Shown: one piece after another, positions 1 through 8,710 of the stretch
Layout: each line of letters begins with the position of its first letter
How positions within the stretch are numbered: position 1 is the first letter of the stretch
IMG/VR virus record: IMGVR_UViG_2651869781_000018
DNA from: a virus
Lineage: Duplodnaviria > Heunggongvirae > Uroviricota > Caudoviricetes
Direction: 5' to 3' (one strand)
DNA: 33,021 nt
The notes under the pieces: model-generated
The model's input: only the letters and a program-made list of their open reading frames with translations
Told to the model about the DNA's origin: nothing
The model's database searches: none
Made by a program: the position numbers and the translations under genes

Positions 1-1005
1 TTAATCCCCCGTGGACACTGCGTGGACACTTACGCCACCTTTCAGCGGATTAAGGGCCACCGCATCCTGCAGGTAATCCGGTGCAAAATGCGCATATGCC
101 ATTGTTTGCTGAATGGTTGCGTGACCAAGAATCTTCTGAAGCGCAATAATGTTTCCTCCGTTCATCACAAAATGGCTGGCGAACGTATGCCGCAGCACAT
201 GTGCAGCCTGGCCTTTTGGTAAATCGGGCTTAACTCTTTTCAGCGCCAGGCAGAATTCCCGGTACTTCACCTCAAACAAGCCGCCTGTTTCTCTGGTTTT
301 GATCGCCTCACAAACTGCCTGCGAAATTGGCACTGTTCTCTTCCGGCCATTTTTGGTTTCAAGAAACGTTACACGGTTATGAACTATCTGTTCACCACGA
401 AGCTTACAAGCTTCACTCCAGCGCGCCCCTGTGCTTAAACACAAAAGCGCAACACGCCAGTAGTCGCCCTCCAGTGTATCGAGCAATAGCGCCACTTCCT
501 TCTGTGACAGGAACGCCATTTCTCGTGGAGATACATAAAGAATAGAAATTCCCCTTACTGGATGTTCTGCATCCCAAAGACCTATTTTTTTCAGCACGGT
601 AAACATTCCGGATAACCGATTCATGTACCTGTTAGCAGATGACGGTTTCAATCCATCAGCTATCTTTTGAGAACGCCACGCGATAATTTTCAGCTTATCA
701 AGATCCACAGCCTGCATATCAGCGCCAAGCTCATTGATTATGTTGCGCAGTTGTTTTCGGTCTTCTTCCGCCTTACGCCTGTGCTGGCCGTGATACATCC
801 ACCACAACTCAAGCAAATCATTTAGCGTTCGACGATCACGGTAGCCCTGTATATATTCCCGCTTTTCAGCGTTCGCCATGATGTAGCGTTCAGTGGCCAC
901 CGCTACCGATTTTTTGTCAAATACCTTACGCACGCGCTTTCCCTTGCGTCCGTTCGGCCTGATGTCCAGCAAATAACGACCATCTTCGAGCTTCTTAATC
1001 GACAT
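1..1005 (-). CDS. int: Tyrosine site-specific integrase, P2 Int type
   Basis: ORF 1..1020 minus strand; likely start MSIKK at 1005 with GGAGGG Shine-Dalgarno 7 nt upstream; C-terminal catalytic region contains R...HxxR...Y context (ARWSEA, VLRHTFASH, TMAYAHF). Stop codon is the first 3 nt of the window. Confidence 0.9.
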   Translation of the reverse strand: MSIKKLEDGRYLLDIRPNGRKGKRVRKVFDKKSVAVATERYIMANAEKREYIQGYRDRRTLNDLLELWWMYHGQHRRKAEEDRKQLRNIINELGADMQAVDLDKLKIIAWRSQKIADGLKPSSANRYMNRLSGMFTVLKKIGLWDAEHPVRGISILYVSPREMAFLSQKEVALLLDTLEGDYWRVALLCLSTGARWSEACKLRGEQIVHNRVTFLETKNGRKRTVPISQAVCEAIKTRETGGLFEVKYREFCLALKRVKPDLPKGQAAHVLRHTFASHFVMNGGNIIALQKILGHATIQQTMAYAHFAPDYLQDAVALNPLKGGVSVHAVSTGD

Positions 1006-1101
1006 TACGAAGCCCTCCAATGAACCGCTCTACAATTTCTCCAGCCTCTTTCCAGCAATAATCAGACCAGACAAAAAGCAGGTCTAACCAGTTTTCTGGC
1101 C

Positions 1102-1422
1102 TCAGCGGGATAATTTTTGGATTGTTTCGGTTGAAACGCGATCTCCCTCCGAATTGCAGGAACCATCAAGAGAGAGAGCCGGAGAAATTTGCCCGACCTC
1201 CGGCATCGTTTCATCTGTTGATAACCAATAAGCATACTTCTTAAATTTAGGGTGTTTCGTAACCTTAAGTAAGGCACCCTCTGTTACTTGCTTCCCCCTC
1301 ACCTCATAGTTAGTTACCGTCCCATAAGGCAGCCCAACACAATCCGCAAACTCCTGGCGGGTCATACCTTCTGCTTCACGAATCAGGCGAAATTTTTCAC
1401 CCATGCTTGACAAAGATGCCAT
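1102..1422 (-). CDS. C: Immunity repressor, P2 C-like (HTH)
   Basis: 106-aa product from MASLSS...; HTH segment MTRQEFADCVGLPYGTVTNYE and C-terminal YWL...GQISPAL resemble P2 C as remembered. Alternative upstream starts exist in the 1102..1476 ORF. Confidence 0.75.
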   Translation of the reverse strand: MASLSSMGEKFRLIREAEGMTRQEFADCVGLPYGTVTNYEVRGKQVTEGALLKVTKHPKFKKYAYWLSTDETMPEVGQISPALSLDGSCNSEGDRVSTETIQKLSR

Positions 1423-1464
1423 ATCGGGCATACCCTCCATCACAACATGCCACATCGGGCACAA
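1421..1464. promoter_or_regulatory. C/cox switch region with two direct repeats (ATATCGGGCATA and ACATCGGGCACA), candidate repressor operator half-sites
   Basis: Two ~11-bp direct repeats about 32 bp apart in the divergent C/cox intergenic region; P2-type repressors bind direct repeats. Promoter hexamers not assigned with confidence. Confidence 0.35.
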
Positions 1465-1535
1465 ACATAAAAACACTCAAATAAGCCGATATAAGCCATT
1501 TTGAGCCATTCGAACGAATTAGGGAGATTACCACA

Positions 1536-1823
1536 ATGAGCGAATCAGAGCTTGGGGGGTTCATTCAGGTAGCACCATATCCACTTGAAGCGGTGCCATA
1601 TCAACTATTCGCCAAGATGATCGGCCGCAAGGAATCCACAGTCAGAACCATGATTGACGCAGCAAAGCTACCAACAATTGACTTTGTGAAACCAGGTTCA
1701 GTAAAGACGCGTGCATCAGAAAACTGGGTATATCTGCCAGCATTTAACGAAGGCATGCGCAAAGCGTTTTTTGAGCAACCGAAAGAACGCCGCGACGCAT
1801 GGTTGTTGTGGCTGGGACTTTAG
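1536..1823 (+). CDS. cox: Cox-like excisionase / transcriptional switch protein
   Basis: 95 aa; motifs PYQLFAKMIG...TVRTMIDA.KLPTIDF...WVYLPA...W.LWLGL match P2 Cox as remembered; GGGAGA RBS; divergent from C. Confidence 0.7.
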   Translation: MSESELGGFIQVAPYPLEAVPYQLFAKMIGRKESTVRTMIDAAKLPTIDFVKPGSVKTRASENWVYLPAFNEGMRKAFFEQPKERRDAWLLWLGL

Positions 1824-1829
1824 TCATAA

Positions 1830-2036
1830 ATGACCAGCCATATCATCAGCGCCATTCTGACCCTTGTTTTTATTGAGATAGGCGTAATAGAGATCTATTT
1901 GTTTCGCAAGTTAACGGGACATAAAGAACGCTTTATTGAACTCAGCATTGAATATATCGCCGCTTATACCAAAGGACTTTTCCCGGCAGCTATTGGGGCG
2001 ATGTTGATAGCGTTTGTTATCTGGTTTATCGGGTGA
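1830..2036 (+). CDS. Hypothetical small membrane protein (68 aa, two hydrophobic segments)
   Basis: ORF immediately after cox; hydrophobic composition only. Confidence 0.35.
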   Translation: MTSHIISAILTLVFIEIGVIEIYLFRKLTGHKERFIELSIEYIAAYTKGLFPAAIGAMLIAFVIWFIG

Positions 2037-2288
2037 GAAACCTGACAACCCACAACTACTGCAATGAGGGTAATTATGTGTGGCATGGACAAATTGGACC
2101 TTATGTTAATTGTAATACTATCAATTAACTTCGGTTACCTCTTAAGCGGCGCAATTCTCATGTGCGGAGGCAAACGAAAATGAACCAGCAGTCCGCAAAA
2201 CGTGAAAACAATGCGATGCGATTTAATCGCAAATATTTTGAGTTCGGCCTCTATGCCGGAATAATTAAATCTGTACAGAGTCTTTAAC

Positions 2289-2630
2289 ATGAAACAGCAA
2301 CGTAATTCACGCTTTCGCAATGGTGCAGAACGCCACGCTAACCGTTTTGCTACCAGTGCATCACGCAGCAACATCCGCTACAGCCTGAGTGATACACACG
2401 CAACGCCGGATGGCTACCCAGTAAAACAAATCGGCGAGCATGCCTGGCTGATTGAGAAAGCTGGAATCGTGGTCCACAAATGCCCGCGCAATCCGTTTAC
2501 CGGAAACCGCATTTTTGCTCTGAGCAGCGGCGACAATCAGTTCGGGCAGGATTTCACATTATACGAAGCGCTTCGCACGGTTGATCGTCTGCTGCGTGGA
2601 CAGAGTTTTATTAAACAGGCTGATTTATAA
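2289..2630 (+). CDS. Hypothetical phage early protein (113 aa)
   Basis: ORF in early operon, co-directional with cox and A; no family recognised. Confidence 0.5.
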   Translation: MKQQRNSRFRNGAERHANRFATSASRSNIRYSLSDTHATPDGYPVKQIGEHAWLIEKAGIVVHKCPRNPFTGNRIFALSSGDNQFGQDFTLYEALRTVDRLLRGQSFIKQADL

Positions 2631-2640
2631 CAGGTGCTTT

Positions 2641-2928
2641 ATGACTAAAGACCATACTCAAGGTGTATTTATCCGCTTTATTGATTTTCGCGGTGAACTG
2701 TTATTACGCGCATCCGCTATTGATGGAGTGGCTCCGGCGGGGAAAAACGGAGCCGCCGAAGCCACTTACGTTTATCTGAACGGCACGCGACTGATCGTGG
2801 AACTTCCGTACCAGACCGTACGCGAAATCATTAGCGAAGCTGAAAAGGCTCGTCAGGTTAATGGCGATAAACCCTATATCGAAATTATCTGTATGGATTC
2901 AGAAACTGAAATTCAGAAAGCAGATTAA
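2641..2928 (+). CDS. Hypothetical phage early protein (95 aa)
   Basis: In-frame ATG at 2641 within ORF 2581..2928, preceded by AGGTG; no family recognised. Confidence 0.5.
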   Translation: MTKDHTQGVFIRFIDFRGELLLRASAIDGVAPAGKNGAAEATYVYLNGTRLIVELPYQTVREIISEAEKARQVNGDKPYIEIICMDSETEIQKAD

Positions 2929-2939
2929 AGGGCGTTGCG

Positions 2940-3182
2940 ATGGGCAAAGAATATAAAACTCTCATTAACAAAGCACTTGAGCGCTTTTATTTTCGCTTAA
3001 GTGCATCAGGCGCTCATGCTGAACGTGCGGCCCGTGACTCATTGACCAGAGCAATCCGAAGTCTGTATGACGTGGCTTTTTACGCTGATGATCTGGATGC
3101 ACTTAACGAACTTTCCGAGCTGATCTGTGCCGCAGAATGCGGGGAACATATTGAACCGTATGAGCTGGGGAATATCGCATGA
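2940..3182 (+). CDS. Hypothetical phage early protein (80 aa)
   Basis: Tightly packed ORF in early operon. Confidence 0.5.
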   Translation: MGKEYKTLINKALERFYFRLSASGAHAERAARDSLTRAIRSLYDVAFYADDLDALNELSELICAAECGEHIEPYELGNIA

Positions 3183-3292
3183 GTATATTTATCTCATGGC
3201 TTGTTCTGATTATTTCGGTGGCCTGCGCTATTGGGATTATGCGAATTATTCATTCAATAAAAAAGATTGAACGCTTTTTCACTGGCGAATAA
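3179..3292 (+). CDS. Possible small membrane peptide (37 aa, MSIFISWLVLIISVACAIGIMRIIHSIKKIERFFTGE)
   Basis: ATG overlaps the stop of the preceding gene (ATGA); single hydrophobic helix; below the ORF-track size cutoff, found by manual translation. Confidence 0.25.
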   Translation: MSIFISWLVLIISVACAIGIMRIIHSIKKIERFFTGE

Positions 3293-3378
3293 CAGAGCAA
3301 ATAAAACCACAGATTAAATAAGAAAATGTAAAAACAATCCGCATTCGCGGAGGTATTCGCACACGCCAAGGAGGCGTA

Positions 3379-3582
3379 ATGGCAATTAAGCATTTTCCTG
3401 TCGTTCGTTTTACCTCCAGAGGGCGTGAATACGAAGTCGACGAACGCCTGATTACCACAATCGACAAACACCGTTCAGAAAAGGATGCACATCACATCTA
3501 TCTCACTGACGGCACTTACTTCTGCGCCACGAATGTGGTGCGGGTGAACCTTATCCGACAGGTACAGGAGTCACGCAGATGA
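3379..3582 (+). CDS. Hypothetical phage early protein (67 aa)
   Basis: Strong RBS AAGGAGG upstream of ATG at 3379. Confidence 0.55.
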   Translation: MAIKHFPVVRFTSRGREYEVDERLITTIDKHRSEKDAHHIYLTDGTYFCATNVVRVNLIRQVQESRR

Positions 3583-3824
3583 CCATTCTGGACTATATCG
3601 CCGCCAATCCGGGGTGTAGCGGTGGAGAAATCGCCGCAGCACTGAATACACCAACCACAACCATTAATGCGGAGCTACGCCGTCTCTGGCGCAGCGGTTT
3701 AGTCACAAGAAAAGAGCGCAAAACAGGCGGTCGCTTTTCTTATCAGGTAAACCTGATGCCGTTTGGGTGTAGCAACCCACTAACCCAGATGTTCAACCAG
3801 CTACTGAGGGAAATCAGAGCATGA
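3579..3824 (+). CDS. Small winged-helix type DNA-binding protein (81 aa)
   Basis: Start overlaps previous stop (ATGA); segment GGEIAAALNTPTTTINAELRRLWRSGLV looks like an HTH/winged helix. Confidence 0.5.
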   Translation: MTILDYIAANPGCSGGEIAAALNTPTTTINAELRRLWRSGLVTRKERKTGGRFSYQVNLMPFGCSNPLTQMFNQLLREIRA

Positions 3825-3965
3825 GCACCTCCAACTGCCGGAAACCACGTCGGGCTTCAGCAGCTCATCCGGCAGCAAAACAAACTCCATTAATTCCTGT
3901 TCCGGGCCTTTCCTGCACCTTGCGGCGGGAGGCCTTCGCACATCTGTAACAAGAGGATTGCCGCA

Positions 3966-4331
3966 ATGATTCTCGCCAACGACTTTCTTGAATACCTGCT
4001 CAACACAGAGCGTGATCTTGCCGCTCGCGTGCGTGATCGTTATGACATGTACCTGAAATCCCTGTCTGTACCGCAGCTCGCTGACGGAAAGATTGTTATT
4101 GATGGTCGCTACATGATTGACAGCCACGAGGGAAATTACAGGCTTTACCGCATTGAAGGTGGCACCCCGTCCGTTATTGGCATTTACCAGCGCCCATCCT
4201 CTGCAATCGTCGATGTGATTGCCGACAGCATCCGCATCACACATCGCCATGCCGACACAGAAGACACCGTGCTGGAAATTCAGCGGCTGGCTACAGTCTG
4301 CCGCGACACCCTGAATGGCATGACGAAGTAA
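3966..4331 (+). CDS. Hypothetical phage early protein (121 aa)
   Basis: ORF immediately upstream of A, co-directional. Confidence 0.5.
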   Translation: MILANDFLEYLLNTERDLAARVRDRYDMYLKSLSVPQLADGKIVIDGRYMIDSHEGNYRLYRIEGGTPSVIGIYQRPSSAIVDVIADSIRITHRHADTEDTVLEIQRLATVCRDTLNGMTK

Positions 4332-4337
4332 ATCACT

Positions 4338-7160
4338 ATGACGGCAGAGTACATCAGGGACTGGCAACAACCGCGCCACGCAGTGGGGCGTGAAGGAACG
4401 GGGATCCCCGCTCCTGAATCCGCGCTTTCCTCCTGGCTGGATGCCTACCGGGTAGAGAACGAGCGCCGCCAGGAAATGGCTGATGCGGCGTTCTCCGCCA
4501 CGCCACTGGGCAACCTGATTAATAAAAGCCTGGACGCACAGGAAAAACAGGACAAAACCATCACACTGGCAGGAGACGCCAGAAAACAGGCACGCGGCGC
4601 GGTGGATGAAGCCATGGCCTCGCTGCGCCTGCTGCCGTCCTATCTGCGCGATCCGCTTATTCGCCACCTCTCCTTCCTGCGCAAAAAACAGGAAGCCGAT
4701 CGCCGGAAAGGCAAAAAGAGCTGGCAGGCGGAACGCTATGCACGCGGAACCCTGCGCAAAATATTCGAACGTCTGGATCGCACTGACGGACACTGGCTGA
4801 CACCGGGTTATCGCTCCCTTGCCGGACGCGAACGCCTGGACGATTTGCTTTACCTGCCGCAGCTCAACAAACACCAGATACAGACGCTGGCCACCATGAC
4901 GGCGGCGATGTTCAGCAGCACCTTCGAAAAACTCTGCGATGGCTTTGGCGCGACCGATGGCGAACTGACCATGGATGTAACGCTGAAGGCGTATCAGATG
5001 CTGGCCCGCATGGCGTTACACCTGCACATCATGCCTCCACATTATGACGCACTGACAACAGATAAAGACCGGAGGAACGAACCGGACACGGAGCTGCTGC
5101 CGGGCGCAATCCTTCGCCTGACCTGTGCGGAATGGTGGAAACGCAAACTGTGGCTGTTACGTTGCGAGTGGAGAGAAGAACAACTCCGCGCCGCCTGTCT
5201 GGTTTCCAGAAAAACATCACCCTATCTGAGCCAGGACGCGTTAAGCGAGTTTCGCGCACAGCGCGAGAAAACACGCGATTTCCTGAAAAGTTTCATGCTG
5301 GAAAACGAAGACGGGTTCACGATTGATCTCGAGACAGTGTATTACGCGGGAGTAAGTAACCCGGTTCACCGTAAGGCAGAAATGATGGCCACCATGAAGG
5401 GGCTGGAACTTCTGGCCGAAGCCCGTGGCGACAAAGCGGTGTTTCTAACTGTCACCTGCCCGTCAAAATACCACGCCACAACAGAGAACGGTCATCCGAA
5501 TCCCAAATGGAACGGGGCCACCATGCGCGACTCCAGCGATTACCTGGTTAACACGTTTTTTGCAGCGGTCCGCAAGAAACTGAACCGCGACGGCCTGCGC
5601 TGGTATGGCATCCGCACGGTGGAGCCTCACCATGACGGCACCGTGCACTGGCATATGATGGTCTTTGCTCATCCGGAAGAAATCGACACCATTGTGTCCC
5701 ACACCCGCGATATTGCCATTCAGGAAGATCGTCACGAGCTGGGTGATGATATTACCCCACGCTTTAAGGCGGAGTACGTCGACGGCTCAAAAGGCACGCC
5801 AACCAGCTACATCGCCACCTACATCGGAAAGAACCTGGACAGCCGCGCCGTGGATGGCATCGACCCGAAAACGGGCAAGCCACGCGTTGACCACGAAACA
5901 GGTAAATCAATGGCCGAGAGCGTGGAGCGAGCCATCGGCTGGGCGCGCCTTCACCGGGTCCGCCAGTTCCAGTTCTTTGGCATCCCCTCCCGTCAGGTGT
6001 GGCGTGAACTCCGCCGCCTTGCCAGCCAGATGGCACGCAACCCGGAAGGCCCGCAACGGCTGAAGGATGACGCAATGGATGCGGTACTCGCTGCCGCTGA
6101 TGCCGGATGTTTTGCCACCTACATTGAAAAACAGGGTGGCGTACTTGTTCCGCGCAAGGACTACCTGATTCGCACAGCCTACGACCTCGCAGATGAGCTG
6201 AACGATTACGGCGAACAGAGTGTACAGATTTACGGGATCTGGTCGCCATTCATCGGGGAATCCTCCCGTGTGTGCACGCATCCGGATAACTGGAAGCTGG
6301 TAAGACGTAAACCGGAAGCGGAAGACAGCGCCCGCGAAAATGGTTTTGACCTTCAGGGCGGCCCTGCCGCCCCTTGGACTCGTGGCAATAACTGTCCCCG
6401 TGTACAGGAAACAGGCAACAACGGGACAGAACAGCCGGAAGAACGGCCAGCACCGTGGCCGCAGCTTCCTGACGGCGTTGAAGTAAATGAATGGATGCGC
6501 TCACTGAAACGGCACGAACGCCGGGCGCTGATGCGTTCGCTTCGTGACAAACAGGCAAAAAACAGCAGCGATGAAATGCAGAACTGGACACAGAGCCGCA
6601 AACAGCAGCGGCCTTTGCCTGATAACCACGAGTTACTCGCTAAAGAATGGCGGGAGTCTGCTGAATCTCTCGGCCTGCATATCGGTGAACAACAGATGCA
6701 GCACCTGTTACGGGGCGGCAGTCTGTACGTTGACGGCAGCATCATTGCACCGCAGGGATTTGAAATTGTACGCAAACCGGATACCCGCCCGGACAGCCGA
6801 ATCACGCAGCTCTGGCAGCGTCTGAGCCGTAATCATGGCGTAAGCAGCACGGAGATCCGCCATAACCCGGTCGCCAGCTATCTGGCACAGCTGGGGGCAT
6901 CAGACCCTGAAGCCGCCGCACGCCTGGCATCCACACTTCAGCAGGACCAGAACACCATGAAAACACCCGTTACCGTGCTTTCTGACATGCTGCGCGCCAT
7001 CCGCGACGCAGAGCACGCACAGAGAATCAGTGAAACCACTGAACGCGCCAGCCGCAAAGCAGACCTGCTGCGGGGTGGCCTGACCAGTGGAAACAAAAAA
7101 CAGACAGAAACGGGACTCACGAATCCCGTAAATGAGCAAAAAACGCGCAGCGATATATGA
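4338..7160 (+). CDS. A: Rolling-circle replication initiator endonuclease, P2 gpA family (HUH relaxase-like), 940 aa
   Basis: HUH metal-binding motif HWHMMVF and paired-tyrosine motif YIATYIGKN; position and size consistent with P2 A but about 180 aa longer than P2 A as remembered, with a charged, Q/R-rich C-terminal extension. Confidence 0.9.
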   Translation: MTAEYIRDWQQPRHAVGREGTGIPAPESALSSWLDAYRVENERRQEMADAAFSATPLGNLINKSLDAQEKQDKTITLAGDARKQARGAVDEAMASLRLLPSYLRDPLIRHLSFLRKKQEADRRKGKKSWQAERYARGTLRKIFERLDRTDGHWLTPGYRSLAGRERLDDLLYLPQLNKHQIQTLATMTAAMFSSTFEKLCDGFGATDGELTMDVTLKAYQMLARMALHLHIMPPHYDALTTDKDRRNEPDTELLPGAILRLTCAEWWKRKLWLLRCEWREEQLRAACLVSRKTSPYLSQDALSEFRAQREKTRDFLKSFMLENEDGFTIDLETVYYAGVSNPVHRKAEMMATMKGLELLAEARGDKAVFLTVTCPSKYHATTENGHPNPKWNGATMRDSSDYLVNTFFAAVRKKLNRDGLRWYGIRTVEPHHDGTVHWHMMVFAHPEEIDTIVSHTRDIAIQEDRHELGDDITPRFKAEYVDGSKGTPTSYIATYIGKNLDSRAVDGIDPKTGKPRVDHETGKSMAESVERAIGWARLHRVRQFQFFGIPSRQVWRELRRLASQMARNPEGPQRLKDDAMDAVLAAADAGCFATYIEKQGGVLVPRKDYLIRTAYDLADELNDYGEQSVQIYGIWSPFIGESSRVCTHPDNWKLVRRKPEAEDSARENGFDLQGGPAAPWTRGNNCPRVQETGNNGTEQPEERPAPWPQLPDGVEVNEWMRSLKRHERRALMRSLRDKQAKNSSDEMQNWTQSRKQQRPLPDNHELLAKEWRESAESLGLHIGEQQMQHLLRGGSLYVDGSIIAPQGFEIVRKPDTRPDSRITQLWQRLSRNHGVSSTEIRHNPVASYLAQLGASDPEAAARLASTLQQDQNTMKTPVTVLSDMLRAIRDAEHAQRISETTERASRKADLLRGGLTSGNKKQTETGLTNPVNEQKTRSDI

Positions 7161-7208
7161 AGCGCGCACAAAACAGGCAAAAACGGGATTTCAGAATCCC
7201 GTAAACGA
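7097..7208. repeat. Two ~39-bp direct repeats (about 7097..7135 and 7170..7208), each containing a hyphenated dyad ACGGGA-N8-TCCCGT, straddling the stop codon of A and lying just upstream of parM
   Basis: AAAACAGaCAgAAACGGGActcacGAATCCCGTAAAtGA versus AAAACAGgCAaAAACGGGAtttcaGAATCCCGTAAAcGA read directly from the sequence; 73-bp period. Confidence 0.6.
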
Positions 7209-7236
7209 TTAATTAATCAACATAAGGAAAACCGAC

Positions 7237-8196
7237 ATGAAAATTTACATCGACGACGGCTCCACCAACATCAAGCTGGCATGGACTGAGAACGGCGAAC
7301 GCCGCAACGCCATCAGCCCGAACAGCTTCAAGTCGGAATGGTCTGCGCCGTTCGGTGGCTCGCAGCCTGCTAACTACATGCTTGATGGCGTGCGCTATGG
7401 TTTTGATCCGGTCAGCGATCGCTTTGTCCAGACGACCGACACGCAATACCAGTACAGCGATGTGAATGTCATTGCCATTCATCACGCGCTGGTCAAATCA
7501 GACATCACGCCACAGGAAGTGGATGTGGTTGTTACCCTGCCACTGAGCGAATATTTCGACACAAACGCACAGCCGGACATGGCCAACATCAACCGCAAAA
7601 AAGCGAACGTCATGCGCCCGGTGGAGTACCAGAACGGCGAAGCATTCACTATCCGTAACGTACGGGTTATGCCTGAATCCATTCCGGCTGGCTTTAAAGC
7701 ACTGGCTGACATGAGTCCGTTTGAATCCCTGCTGATTGTGGATTTGGGCGGAACCACGCTGGATGTGGCAAAGGTTCAGGGGCAACTGGCAGGTATCAGC
7801 CAGGTGTTTTGCGATCCACACGTAGGCGTTTCTCTTATGGCCGATGCCGTACTGTCGGTGATGGCCACTAACGGTATGCGCACCAGTCACCACATCGCCA
7901 ATACCATTATCGAACATCGCCATAATGAAGCCTGGCTGCGCCAGCACATCCACAATGACGCGCATTACGCCAGCCTGATGGCGGTTATTCGTGAAAAGGA
8001 AGAAACACTGAAACAACGCGTGATCCGCGCGCTGGCGGTTTTTTCGGGTTACGGGCGGGTGATGGTTGTCGGTGGCGGGGCGGAGATTGTGGCACCCGCT
8101 ATCCGCGAAGCCTGCGGAGTTAATGCGACTTTCATCGCGGACGGGGTGCCACAGTTTGCTCTGGTTAATGGGCTGTACGCAATGGACAAGGAGTAA
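7237..8196 (+). CDS. parM: ParM/StbA-family actin-like segregation ATPase
   Basis: 319 aa; N-terminal phosphate-1 motif IYIDDGSTNIKLAW, then SPNSF, YSDVNVIAIHHAL, PESIPAG, LIVDLGGTTLDVA, VMVVGGGAE and FALVNGLY all align with R1 ParM (StbA) as remembered; RBS AAGGA upstream. Confidence 0.85.
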   Translation: MKIYIDDGSTNIKLAWTENGERRNAISPNSFKSEWSAPFGGSQPANYMLDGVRYGFDPVSDRFVQTTDTQYQYSDVNVIAIHHALVKSDITPQEVDVVVTLPLSEYFDTNAQPDMANINRKKANVMRPVEYQNGEAFTIRNVRVMPESIPAGFKALADMSPFESLLIVDLGGTTLDVAKVQGQLAGISQVFCDPHVGVSLMADAVLSVMATNGMRTSHHIANTIIEHRHNEAWLRQHIHNDAHYASLMAVIREKEETLKQRVIRALAVFSGYGRVMVVGGGAEIVAPAIREACGVNATFIADGVPQFALVNGLYAMDKE

Positions 8197-8200
8197 ACCA

Positions 8201-8512
8201 ATGACGACACCAACCAGACGGATAAGTTTCTATCTGAAGCCCGCCGCCGTCAAGAACGAAGGAGAAGCATGCGCCTGGCTGGACAGCCTTACACCAGAAG
8301 CCCGCAAAAGCGGCCAACGCGTGGCTTTTCTGGCCGGGCTGGCACTTCTGAAGACGAATCCGGCAGAGGCTTACCGACTGGCCGCATGGGCTGATGATGA
8401 GATGTTACCTGTGACACAAATCAGCTCAAAAAAGTTTGAAGCACAGTCTGCACCAGTGGCTAAGATAACCAGCCAGATGGCTGGGAATATCCGGGCGTTA
8501 TTTCCTGAGTAA
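8201..8512 (+). CDS. parR: ParR-like ribbon-helix-helix centromere-binding adaptor
   Basis: 103 aa starting MTTPTRRISFYLKP (ATG 5 nt after the parM stop); ISFYLKP / DSLTPEARKS / AFLAGLAL resemble R1 ParR N-terminal RHH region as remembered. Confidence 0.7.
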   Translation: MTTPTRRISFYLKPAAVKNEGEACAWLDSLTPEARKSGQRVAFLAGLALLKTNPAEAYRLAAWADDEMLPVTQISSKKFEAQSAPVAKITSQMAGNIRALFPE

Positions 8513-8640
8513 AAGCATCTGCGCGAAAAATGCTCACGTTTATAGAGACAGTATCATTCCATTTGGCACACTTACTTCAATAATCGATCTGTTAAACAAA
8601 TAGATTGTCTATTATCTATCGATTAAAACGATCAATTATC

Positions 8641-8668
8641 TTGACAGTAATGTGCCTTTTTGTAAGAT
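8641..8668 (+). promoter_or_regulatory. Candidate sigma70 promoter (TTGACA, 16-bp spacer, TAAGAT), preceded by operator-like dyads (8583..8640) and followed by a dyad overlapping the predicted start site (8673..8702)
   Basis: Perfect -35 hexamer and a 4/6 -10 hexamer at correct spacing read from sequence; flanking ATAGA-N3-TCTAT and CGCAtTGT-N10-ATAATTGCG dyads. Confidence 0.4.
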
Positions 8669-8710
8669 CGTTCGCATTGTGAGCGACAAGATAATTGCGC
8701 GGCATTGTCC

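Noticed and set aside
3801-4874. 357-aa ORF on the minus strand overlapping the 5' part of gene A and the preceding early ORF
   Set aside because: Lies antisense to well-supported genes in a GC-rich region, has no RBS context, and its translation is low-complexity (Arg/Ala/Gly/Cys-rich); typical antisense shadow ORF.
5764-6805. Several 110-160-aa minus-strand ORFs inside gene A
   Set aside because: All overlap the A coding sequence antisense; Arg/Cys/Pro-rich translations characteristic of spurious frames in GC-rich coding DNA.
7498-8016. 172-aa minus-strand ORF overlapping parM
   Set aside because: Antisense to a gene with strong family-level motif support; no independent evidence.
8673-8702. 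lac-operator-like sequence (ATTGTGAGCGacaagATAATTG)
   Set aside because: Resemblance to lacO is partial and probably coincidental; kept only as part of the operator-like dyad at the candidate promoter.
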